Assembly: GCA_963920595.1 (NCBI GenBank) | Contig: OY986948.1 | Coordinates: forward strand, 3,162,001 to 3,226,000 | Source of the DNA: Eimeria praecox | Lineage: Eukaryota | Reading direction: 5' to 3' | DNA: 64,000 nucleotides | Shown: positions 1-10,439 of the stretch, piece by piece | Numbering within the stretch: the stretch's first letter is position 1 | Layout of the letters: every line of letters starts with the position of its first letter | The notes under the pieces: model-generated | What the model saw: the letters and a program-made list of their open reading frames with translations, nothing else | Database searches by the model: none | Told to the model about the DNA's origin: nothing | Program-made: the position numbers and the translations under genes

Positions 1-499
1 AGAACATGTGGTGGGCTAATTGGGGGAATTTAATAAACTGTAGGATCAATAAAGATACATAAGAACACTCTAGCATGAAGATAGGAATTATTAAGCTATG
101 TGTGCCAGTCAGCTCACACCTGGGTGGGGCTGACGGTATAAGCGGTGCTGCGGCATAGTCGTAGATCGGCGGCGGGGTCAAGCAGGGAGCTCTGCCATTC
201 TCTTTTTGCAGTATAAACTAAGAACTGTCTTAACGAGTGTTACATGAATAGTTAAGATATTTAGAAGGTATTTCTCCGGGTATTGTTGCAGAATGTGAAG
301 TATAAAGACGTAATGCGAATACACAAGGGTATACACAAGGCACGTAGTGCAGCACAATGAGCTGGTCACAACAATTGTGCGATAGAGGATACAGCAGCTA
401 TAAGCGCCTATGGAAGAATTGGCTTAAGTCGTCGAAGAAATATAATTAGAGTAGCACGTGTAGAGGCAAGCGCAGGCATAACTTCATTGTCAGCTCTAC

Positions 500-1773
500 A
501 ACGGCCACCGAAAGGTGAAAGAATGCGCGCATTTAAGCATTGCTCCACATACTTACGCATGCAGTCGCTTCCGCTGAATGGAGAACTGCTCTTTAATGCT
601 CATGGGGAATTGCTTCAAGAAAGAGATCTTCAGAGTGCCACTTTTGTTAACGGCCCCGAGGTCGTTTAATGGAATATTCTGGCCCGTGCAGATGGATACA
701 CGCCGGTCCAGGATGTCGGTCTCCTCCAGCTGTTCCCTCCTGTTTTGAAGCTGCTGCAGTTTTCTGCTGAGGCTTCAGGGAAATTTCTGTCATCCCCTGA
801 ATCTTTTGAGGAAACGACAATCAATAATATGGTGGCATCTTTAGGTCGTGTCCACCATGTCAGCCATCGCGCTAACCTGAAAGCAAACAGGAAACTCGCC
901 TGTCCGACTCGTAGAAAGCGTCTTCGGCTGATCGTTTTCCTGCAGTATTCGAATAGCGTGTGAATGCCCTAAAACTAAGTCTAATGCGTTGAAACATCGT
1001 TTAACCCCGTTTTTTGTAGTTTCTGGCCTTAAGTTCCCGTGTCGTGCTCATGCATTCCCGCGCTAGCGCGACCTGGTCGTGAAAATCAGAAGCGTCGGTC
1101 GTACGGGGCTGGCATCCGCCTGCCAGCTCTTCGGGGCAGGCAAAACAGTTTCGGTGCAGGCCAAAGAGGTAGAAGATCAGCGAGTAGAAGCTGTATTTTA
1201 AACCCATTCTGCGCAGGAGGAGATCACGCCACTTTGATTTTCCCTGGACGTGGAGTTGAAAACACTGAACAAATGTGCGGTTGGTGCATTCGGTTTGACA
1301 GTGGCCTCCCACTTGGGCTGTCACGGTCTTGCTAAGGCCGTTTAATGGATTCACGCCAGAAAGATCTAACGAACTGCGGGTCCTTTTCAGTAATGATGCC
1401 TTTCAAAGAATCATGAGGCTTTTAGGCATGCTTAATGAATAGTTCGGCAGCTCCTGTTGCAGCTTAAATCGAACAGGGGATGACGTGGGCGAATTTGCTG
1501 AGTCCGCCCACATCACAACATAGCTGAGTCCGCGCGTATCACAACATAGATGCCATCGCAGCCCATATGTAGTGCACAAGCAGTACAGTGGCGCTCGAAT
1601 TCGACCACTAGAGGTCTATCCTGCAAAGAAAACATGAATGATATATCACTTAAAAATCTGTAGCTACGTGGTGCAAGAAATAAAACTTTCAGACCAATAT
1701 GGCCCTGCACATACCAGGGTTTGGGGCTGGTAGAAAGTGAAGCTCTAGCGAAGGCGCTGGCCTGCAGGGGGTC
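500..1773 (-). mobile_element. Degenerate Ty3/Gypsy integrase remnant (element E); boundaries approximate
   Basis: Minus-strand translation gives HDSLKGIITEKDPQFVRSFW (~1355-1415) and CQTECTNRTFVQCF..KWRDLL (ORF 1001..1354), matching the integrase core HGFPDVLISDRDPRF..W and GQTERVNRTLEQ of element A; many stops and frameshifts. Confidence 0.65.
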
Positions 1774-2184
1774 TGTAGTGCCTGACACTACAATGGGGCA
1801 CACGACAGGGCCTCTAGAAGCCTAATCAGGCGAAAGAGAAGAAAATTATTATAAACAGGGATAACTGGGACTAGTTTGGAAAAAAAATCAGGAAAATAGG
1901 GCTGACAGCGGTCGGCGGCCTAGGGGCGGTTGGGGCTGGCTGGCCGTAAGGCCGATGCCGCAGCTCTGGCAGTGAGCCTCTGCAGAGAAAGGTTCAGAGT
2001 TCGGGCATTCTTGGGTTTTTTCCTCAACAAGAGAGACCAGAATGTGTTCTGGGAATTATTAATGGCGTAATTGTGGCATGCTGGGTTTATTCCTAGGGAT
2101 TAGCTTACGGAAGTAGCGCGTGCACTTTTTCAGGTATAATTGGGGAACATGCGTAGTAGCAGCGTAGGACGCCTGTTCACTACA
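1774..2184 (+). repeat. 5' LTR of element C (411 bp)
   Basis: Begins TGTAGTGCCTGACACTACA, ends GTTCACTACA, followed by PBS. Confidence 0.85.
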
Positions 2185-2186
2185 TT

Positions 2187-2204
2187 TGGGGGCCGTTCCG
2201 GGAA
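2187..2204 (+). promoter_or_regulatory. Primer-binding site (tRNA-Pro-like), element C
   Basis: TGGGGGCCGTTCCGGGAA 2 nt after the LTR end. Confidence 0.75.
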
Positions 2205-4623
2205 ATGTTTTTCCTTTACCAAGGTATATAATAACTGCAAACTCAGTTTCGTTCAACTCCAACAACGCCGTCGATGTAGCAGCAAGCGTTCCACCTACAT
2301 AGCGGAAGGGCTGTGAGACAAATCACACAAAACGGATCCACAGCACGCCAACTGCCAGGCTTTCAGCCAGAACCATATCGAATAGAAACTCCCTCGTCCA
2401 TCTCACCAAGCATACAGGCCGAGCATACAGATCCTCTACGGGATTCGTCGCCTTTGTCCGTGACCGTTGTTATGGAAACTCCGGCAGCCTCCTAGTACCT
2501 TACTATGGATCATTTCTCGGCACTACTGAATCTTCTAAAGGATTCAATTAACGCTGAACATTCTAAGGGTACACCATCACCTCTGCGGCACGAAGATGTA
2601 AGCACAGTGCAAGTTTTCTTGGCACGCACCGAAGAGGTCTATACCAAAAGGGAAATATACCTGATGCATTGGGATGACTAACTCATAGGCTACCTTTCAG
2701 GTCCTGCCCTTAGACACTGCGTATGCCTGCAGAAAACTGTCAATATGAAGTGCTAGGGAATGATGAAGGAGATCGGATGCTCCTGCGTTTCTGCTCTGAT
2801 ATGAAGAAGCATGGTGGCGGAGGTGGCGAAAATCCGATGAGCAGGGAATCACGAAGAATATACTAAGCGATTTATGGCAGTATTCGGGAGAGGTGTAGCG
2901 GTTAGTCAAAGAGAGCTTGTTTACCTTTACTGCTCTGTGATCCCTACCGAATTAGCTCTTAAAATTATACAGGATGGACGAACACGTTACTCGACTTGGG
3001 TGGATGCCGCATCCACCCTGGCCGGCTACCTTGAAACCGAATTGGCCGCCTTAGATTGTTGGAACAAAAGCACCCGAACGTTTAGAAAGCTGGCAAATTC
3101 CAACAGAGGCTACACAGAACGATTCAGGACAACTGGGGGCCCCACTAGAGACTCTCAGTATGCTATGAGTGTAAGGGTCACGGGCCTCAGGCACGTGATT
3201 GTCCTAGCAGAGGGGAGTTCACTAGGCGACCGGGGCAAACGAGCAGGAGATGTGAGGAGTGGGACACTACGCTAAAGATTGTTCTTCTACCGCTCATTCT
3301 AGAGAAACTATTGAAGGAGGTATACGTCAGCAGCCCGTGCGGTAATGCAGAGCGGTTAAACGTAAGAACCTAGGCATTAGGGGAGACAAACGTATTAGGC
3401 TGGCTTCAAATGATACAGGTATAATGTGTGCAGTAGCAACAGGACTAATACCAATCCGGTCTCCCCATAGTGGGGGAAGAACCTGCCCTGTCTGGCAGTG
3501 CAGATAACACTGAGACTAAAGAACCGGAGGTGTGTCCGCAGTCACCGGAAGGGCAGTGTGAGCCACCGTCAGCAGGAGCACAAGGCGAAAGGACAGGGGT
3601 AAGGACGACAAAAAACAGTGGAGGGTCAGCAGAGGTGCTAAGGGAGATCTATGGGGATCTACAGGCACGATGAGAGGGCCGTTGCGCCGCCATGATGGCG
3701 AGAGGTCATTGCAGAAATAGACGTCAACAGGGTGAGCGTACTGTGTAGCGTGGGTATAACAGCAGTCTTACAAGCCGGCATTGCTGAGAATGTATGTGAA
3801 GCACTCTTCGATACGGGATCTTCCAGGAGTTTCATTAGTCCTACGACTGTTGAACGTTTGCAGCCTAAGGTGGGGGCGGCTTTCACAGGATTGTATGTTT
3901 ACCGCGCCTAAGGGGGGGCAGTTGAGTATAGAAATTGCCGTCATGCGATTAGCGATGCGGTGTGGATCGGAATGTTTCAGGGGAGAATTCTTTGTTGGAC
4001 CTCTTCCTAATGATGTAGTGTTGGGGCTTGGCTGGTTGACGGAGCATAAAGTTGCATGGTATTTTCAGCCTGACAAGCTGAGAACTTATGTGAATGCAAA
4101 GTGGTGTGAGCTACCTGTAGTCAGAACCTGTGTAGAAAAATCAAAGGGGAGCGGCGCTAAAGAAATGCGGCCCGTGCAAAGCAAGCGTACGGCATACTGA
4201 CCAAGCAAGTGGGAGGCATTAAGTGGGAGGAAGCTGCAGCACTCCTACGTCCGCCGCCTAAGAGATATCAGTCCTATACTAAAGCAGGAGTGAAGATGCC
4301 GACTGATTCTATCGTTCAGCAGCCTAGGACAAACTTGCAGCGTGTGAGGGAACCGGTGCGAGGGCTGTACTCTATCCGGAGTGCCTGAAGCTGAGGTGGA
4401 AGTGGCACTTAGGTTGTCGGATGAACGACAAAGGAAGTTGTGCTGTGCATTGATCGGGCATATTCGCACGCACACTAGGGAGGCCAAACTGCAAGCCCCC
4501 GCTGTCACGACGGCTGATTAATATGGGGAGTCACCGTCACCTACAGCTAAGCTGGCATATACCCAGTTCGATGAGTGGGTAGAGTCAGCAAAGTCGCACG
4601 GTGTCCCAATTGAGATATTCGAT

Positions 4624-5454
4624 GTGTTGCGTCCACACCGGGCAGTCTTCCCGGGTACCGTGCCTGTAGGGTTACTGCCGAAGTTTCCGCATGATCATCA
4701 TATTTTATTGGTGCCTGGGAAGCTTCCAGGTAAGTCTGCTACCTACCGCATGACACCAAATCAGGTGAATTCCTACAAGCAGGACATAGCTAAGTTGTCG
4801 GCTAATGGGTGGAGAGGACCCATGTATTCTCCTATTTGTGCTCCTACGATTACAGTGGATAGGCGAGATGATGGTACCGGCGAGCGTAAGATGCGTATGG
4901 TTGTAAATTATCAAGCGCTGAAAGCCCTTACGATAGGCTTGGAATTTCCACTTCCTCCTATACAGACTATATTAGAGATGTTAAGGGGTGCTAAATATTT
5001 TTCTACTCTGGATCTGGAAGCTGGGTTCCACCAGATTCGCATGGATAGGGAAGGTCGATGGAAGACGGCTTCCCGCTCGGTCATGGGACTATTCGAATAT
5101 AGAGTGATGCCCCTGGGCCTCAAGGGTGGGCCAGCTACTTTTCAAGTTGATATAAAAGCCTATCTACAACCTTCACTAAGCCATTTTGTCATAGCGTACC
5201 TCGATGATGCACTCAATTATAGCCCAGATATCCCTAGACATGCTACCCTCCCGCGACAAGTGCCAAGTATTTTCAAGCACCATTTCTACCGTAAGCTAGG
5301 CAAGTCCAATTTTGCGAAGCTGGAACTCACGTACTTGGGATACATAATTGGAGCTGAAGGCATTAAACCCGCCGCGGGTAAAGCCGAAGCTAGTACGGTA
5401 TGCCCAGAGGTGCTAGCGAAAGAAACAAGTGCGACAGCTTCTCAGCACTGTTAA
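4624..5454 (+). pseudogene. pol: Reverse transcriptase fragment of element C
   Basis: RMVVNYQAL, FSTLDLEAGFHQIRM, VMPLGLKGGPATFQ, YLDD; flanked by frameshifts and stops. Confidence 0.9.
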
Positions 5455-5549
5455 CTATTCTCCAATGTTCATGAGGTCCGACCATGCTGAGGCCGCCTGC
5501 GCACTGGTTGACCTCGCACATAAGGAAGCAGCTTCAGGGTCAGGTCAGG

Positions 5550-8500
5550 GTGGGGACCTGTGAAGAGACACTTTTTCTTCCTCCGGGATAATAGGTTCTC
5601 TAATATGAATAAGTGACCATTGTTTGATATTTTAAGAATATATGAAGGCAATACGCTGAATAATGGCACATATACAGCATGAAATCACCGGAGCACGTAT
5701 CTACACGGCAGGCTAGTAATGATGGCGTATAGCATTGTTCACTCCCACCCTAACTGTTGGTAAGCAATGATAAAGTTCATCCATACGCCAGCCCCGCATC
5801 CACTGTGGGACCGGAAATTTCTGCAAGTGTCCGGGTTTCGGAGTGTTCCTCTGCTTCTGCTGCTGGCATTCTGGGCAAGTTGAATCAGCCTCACCTGAGG
5901 GGTGAAGCCTAGACCTCCAAAAGAACCCATCAACCACCTCCATCGTCCCATTGACGCCACCATGATCTGGTAAAACATGATCGTGCGTCTATACGAAATT
6001 TCTTCGCGAAGAGAAGCAGGGAAATATAATTGATGGAGTCAACTCTTCTCCTAGTGCCACAAGAGGCCGTCGACGATCCTACAGTATGTAGCCGTCACCA
6101 GTTGCTGATCTTGGCGGGACTGCAGTAGCATAAGTATCTAAGTAGTAAGAAGAACGAAGTTCAGGGAGGAGACGAGAATCATCACAGAGAAGGAAAGCTG
6201 CAAAGCACAGTGCTGCACCCGTAGAGCGTCAAGAGTGTGCAACACCAACCACGTTTGCAATACCCTTGATCTGCCTAACAGTGAAATCGTACTGCATAAG
6301 CCGCCAAAGTCACCTAGACACTTTTTCATTATCGCCTTCTTGAAATCCCCTCGCCAGGGGTGTCAAGGATTGAAGGTCGGTTTGCACACTGAAATGCTTG
6401 CGATATAAGAAATGATCGTTTTACCACGAAAGCCGTTTTCTCTGTTAAGTGGATCCATTGGAGGGGCGGCGATGCAAATGAATCCAAGTATGAAGTACAA
6501 AACGAAGCCAAGAAACTTCTGGACATCTGGGCGAGCGTACATGGGTAGCAGCAACGTCTGAATTACCTGCGTGTCGTCCCGACCTGGATGGGCTACTGCT
6601 GCAGAGCCACGAAGCGGTAAGAAGCTAATTCCTTGCTTGCAACATGAGCACTTTTGTGTTTTCACGAACCACTGCTTCTTGCGTAGCAGTTGCAGAGCAC
6701 GCCGTAGGTGCTATAAGCGCTCCTGCATATTCTAGCTGGCACAATCACATCACCCATGTATATACCAGTCCACCCCTCAATTAATGGCTTCAAGAAGTCG
6801 TGATTGACCTGTCTCTGCGCCTCCGCAAGCGCATCCTCTAGCCCAGAGGGCATACGGCTGTGACTGCAATCTTGTACCTATCGCCGGGCTGTAATAGAAT
6901 ATGCAAAAACGCGTCCACTAGGTCAAATGAGGATTAGGTGGCTGAACCCTGCAGGTGCTTATGCAGCTCGTCAACCTGGGGCATCTGGGACTTTTTTTTG
7001 ACGGCGAATGAGGGGCTTCTCATCGACGAACATCCGCAGCCTCCGTTTGTTTTTCTTCGTCGACACCGGATTTGTCCAATGGCGCTAGTTGATGGTTGTG
7101 CCTTGCTGCTTGCTAGCAGTTAGTCGGTTCGCCGGTCGACTCCCTTTTTGAGAAGTGGGGATCGGTACATTGAAATAAAGCGTGGGCGTACTCCAGGGGT
7201 GAGTTCGATGAGGTGCATCAGGCTTCCAGCTAGTGGCCGGTGCTCTGCAAGCTCCTGGTTATTGACTGCATCTCAGAACTTTTCCTGCAGTTATGCCCAC
7301 TTCTGCTGCTCTTCGGGGGTTAACTGGATCAAATCCCTCAAATACTCTATCCCCCTATGATCATCGCGACGGAATGCTTGCACTTCTCCGTCGTTTCCTG
7401 CGGGGCAGAGGCACTGCATAGAAGCCCCTTAGTTTCTTTCGCCTTGGGAAACTGATTCCACTCCATCTATCGTAGAGGATGCAAATGCGCTTGGAAGCGC
7501 TGAGAGGTGCACTGTCTCGTCGCTTCCCGGCAGGCATACCTCAATAATGTCTAAGCCGCATGCGCGCTGAGTCATTCACGGCATGTCTACGATTATGCCG
7601 GTAGACTGGATGAACACAGAAATCCCTAAAAATGATAGTACAACCCATATCTGAATATACCTTGCATTTTATGCCCGTACTTTACCGGTTCTGGAACCCT
7701 CTTTGCCACCGGCATAGCGGAGGCGCAAAAGGCTTCACTAACGAATGAAATAGTACTTCGCACCACCTCACCGTACCTTCAGATATCAGATCCACTTCGA
7801 AGAACCATTAAAACGAACTTAGATCAGTACTAAATTACCTTGAAGGGGACCTGCAGTTGTCGCTGTCATCCCTTTCGGCTCCATCATTGCGCCTCATTTT
7901 GCGTGGATGCCCGGTGCACACTTTCCTGATCGTTGTGCTTGTTCCCCTGGCGGCGGTGCACGAAATCCTGGTTCTCCAGTTTCTTAGCCTTTTTCGTGCT
8001 CCTGCACTGTCGTATTATGCAGCGTTGTTTGTTGCCAATGAGGCAGGCACGCCCCTCAGTAGATTCTCCCGGTTTTCTGGGAGCTGAATTCTCTGCCTGT
8101 TGCCGGTTGCCGCTTTCAATCCCTTACTACGCTGATCTGTTATTAACAGCCACAATATGCATAGGTTCTAAATCTGGCTTGTTTCGTAACGCACTTTCTT
8201 CCTCCTCAGCTAGAGCTGTGGTAGTGGTGTTTTTGTTTCTTTCATGCAAAGATACTGCAGTGCGCCAGCGTACTCACTGCTGCGACTAGGCATGCACCTG
8301 TAAGCCCTCTGCCTAAAGCATTACGGTGATTGGTGACCCGATATTCTAGCATAACTTAGTTAAACTCCAAATACACAATTTCTGAGCCATTTTGTTTGTT
8401 ATTCTAGCATAACTTAAGGAACAAAATGGCTCAGAAATTGCGTATTTGGAGTTTGACTAAGTTGCCCTTAAGGAACAAAATGGCTCAGAAATTGTGTATT

Positions 8501-8736
8501 TGGAGTTTGACTAAGGGCCCAGGTATAACTGCCCCCACACCGACCCCCTACGAGGAGTCAGTGCCCCGGCTTCGCACTGACTGGCTACTGCGCAACCTTG
8601 GCAGGTTGGCCTTCTTTCTTGTCGAATTGATCTGATTTAGAGCTATAGTTATACAATACACATTAATATACATTATCTCATGCTCATTTCCCGCGAAAGG
8701 CCGGAAGAAACCAAATGGGACACCCACTGTAGTGCC
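5550..8736 (-). mobile_element. Old, highly degenerate Ty3/Gypsy element (element D), pol portion; boundaries approximate
   Basis: Minus-strand remnants: MPSGLEDALAEAQRQVN..GIYMGDVIV (RT), RPDVQKFLG (RT thumb), CPECQQQK..PGHLQKFPVP (integrase Zn-finger region). Confidence 0.7.
8342..8515. repeat. Local complex repeat: one inverted plus two tandem copies of a ~44-49-bp unit, plus a 17-bp direct repeat
   Basis: 8353-8396 is the reverse complement of 8420-8463; 8413-8461 repeats at 8467-8515 (54-bp period); TATTCTAGCATAACTTA at 8342 and 8400. Confidence 0.95.
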
Positions 8737-8741
8737 AGTGC

Positions 8742-8786
8742 TGTAGTGAACAGTTGGCCAACACTGTTACTACGATAGATCCCTAG
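8742..8786 (-). repeat. Terminal 45-bp remnant of element B 3' LTR
   Basis: Matches 17655-17700 with 3 substitutions and 1 indel. Confidence 0.9.
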
Positions 8787-9178
8787 TGTAGTGTCTGGCA
8801 CTACAATACCCCGGATTTAAGCTCCTAATTCGGCAAGAAAGAATTTAATGAGGAAACGAAAGGTCAATTAAGGTTTGCTAGTTGACTCGAAGCAGTCAAC
8901 CGGCGGGGGGCTAGCTAGCTGGGGGACCTGGGGCTGGCAGCCGCTCCCGCAGCGGCGCAGGCACCCGCCCGCCCTGCACGAGCACTGCGGTGGTCGATGT
9001 GGGGACACTGTAAAAAGTTAGAATAATTTAGAATATAAAAATTAGTTGAACGGCCTTTTATGTTTTCTTTTTAGAAACTCTAATTATTCAAAAAGTAGGA
9101 GCATGAATTGACCTGGTTCTAGTTTGCGACGCCAGCACCAGAGGTAGATTATGTAGCCTGAAGAGACGCGGCGCTACA
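8787..9178 (+). repeat. 5' LTR of element A (392 bp)
   Basis: TGTAG...GCTACA; direct repeat of 15203-15597. Confidence 0.97.
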
Positions 9179-9181
9179 ATA

Positions 9182-9199
9182 TGGGGGCTGTTCCGGGAA
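9182..9199 (+). promoter_or_regulatory. Primer-binding site (tRNA-Pro-like), element A
   Basis: TGGGGGCTGTTCCGGGAA 3 nt after the LTR end. Confidence 0.8.
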
Positions 9200-9320
9200 C
9201 TTACTGAAATACTCTGGGAATGAATGAAATCTACTAAATACCATCACTCCCAAATAAGCCCACCCTATTCCTCGATGAACCCATAGGGATCCACACACCT
9301 AAAGGAGACAAGGACTTGCC

Positions 9321-10439
9321 ATGCGCTTGCGCGACGGGAAGGTGCTACGACCCCCACAGCTGCCGGGCTCCGAGATGTCTAACCCAATCACACCCCACAG
9401 AGAAACTTCTGGGCAACACACAGAACCGAAGAGAATGGAGCATAACCGGGATCTTGGTCCCCTCATCGCCGGGGAGGGACGCCCCGCACCGCGGAGCAGA
9501 GAGCACGAAGGTGGGGGACGCAAGGACTAAGGAGCGCCCTATATCAAACTAGAGCCCGAAATGGTTGATATGTTCAAGCAGTTAGCCGTTGGAATTAAAT
9601 CGAGCCAACAGCGGATCACTACACACGAGGATGGAAGTAACATGAAAGCCTTCCTTGACTTCATGGAGCAGGAGTTCTTAGACCAAGATCTCTTAGAGAT
9701 GCAGTGGGGATACGAACTGAGGAGATACCTGTCGGGCAAGGCCTTAGCCCATTGGCTGCACATGCGTCGAACCGGAACGCCATTAAACTACTGGCGGCGT
9801 GTGCGGGAGAACCTCTGTGCGCGGTTCTGCAGCACGTCGCGGGACAAGATGATTGAGAGGATGGCCTGGAATGTTTGGCGAGGGAACCACGTCGACTATT
9901 CCTCACGTTTCGCAGATATCGTAATGGAAGGGGAGACGCTACCACCTGACGAGCTGTTAGGTTACTTCTTGGCTAATCTACCAATGGAACTACGACGAGC
10001 CCTCACTGAAGGAGGAACGAGGAACTTCCTGGATTGGCAGGAGGCCGCCACAGCGCTAAGCGCCTTGGAGTCCCCTTGGAAGGCTTCGAGTGTGCGGTGG
10101 CAGCGATTCGAGCAGGAGCTAACGAACGCCAGGCGTAGAACGGGACCTGGCGGGCCGCCGAGTAGCCCACGGCGAGCTCCAACTAGGCAGGAAACTCCAC
10201 GGGGAGAAAACACACCAACCCGCTGCTATGAGTGCAGGGGGAAAGGACACCTCGGAAGGGACTGCCCGCTCCGCAATGGCGCGGTTAGGCGCACAGGAGA
10301 AACGTGCTCCCGATGCGGAGGACGGGATCATTATGCAAGAGACTGTGCGAACCCACGGGAGTCCCCCGGGCGACAGGATGGGCGTAAACCCCCATTGGCC
10401 ACCGCGAACGGAGAAGCGGGAACAAGCCGGTCAAACTAG
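9321..10439 (+). CDS. gag: Gag (capsid plus two CX2CX4HX4C knuckles); in-frame TAA at 9528-9530, longest open part 9561-10439
   Basis: CYECRGKGHLGRDC and CSRCGGRDHYARDC; ORF 9321..9530 is in the same frame and its start MRLRDGKV matches element B MHFRNGRV. Confidence 0.9.

Larger units (their letters stand above)
1774..5540 (+). mobile_element. 3'-truncated, degenerate chromovirus-family LTR retrotransposon (element C): 5' LTR, PBS, gag, PR, RT
   Basis: LTR TGTAGTG..CACTACA 1774-2184, PBS 2187-2204, gag fragments ~2600-3360, PR region (HKVAWYFQPDKLRTYV) and RT (ORF 4624..5454, YLDD) very similar to element A pol; similarity stops ~5540; no 3' LTR. Confidence 0.9.

Noticed and set aside
1..500. 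Possible 3' LTR of element E
   Set aside because: No clear TGTAG..CTACA terminus, PPT or partner LTR in the window
8342..8515. CRISPR-like array
   Set aside because: Eukaryotic context, only 2-3 copies, one inverted, no unique spacers, no cas genes
500..8736. E and D as one element split by C
   Set aside because: Both appear to contain the integrase N-terminal region and no TSD flanks C; treated as separate remnants
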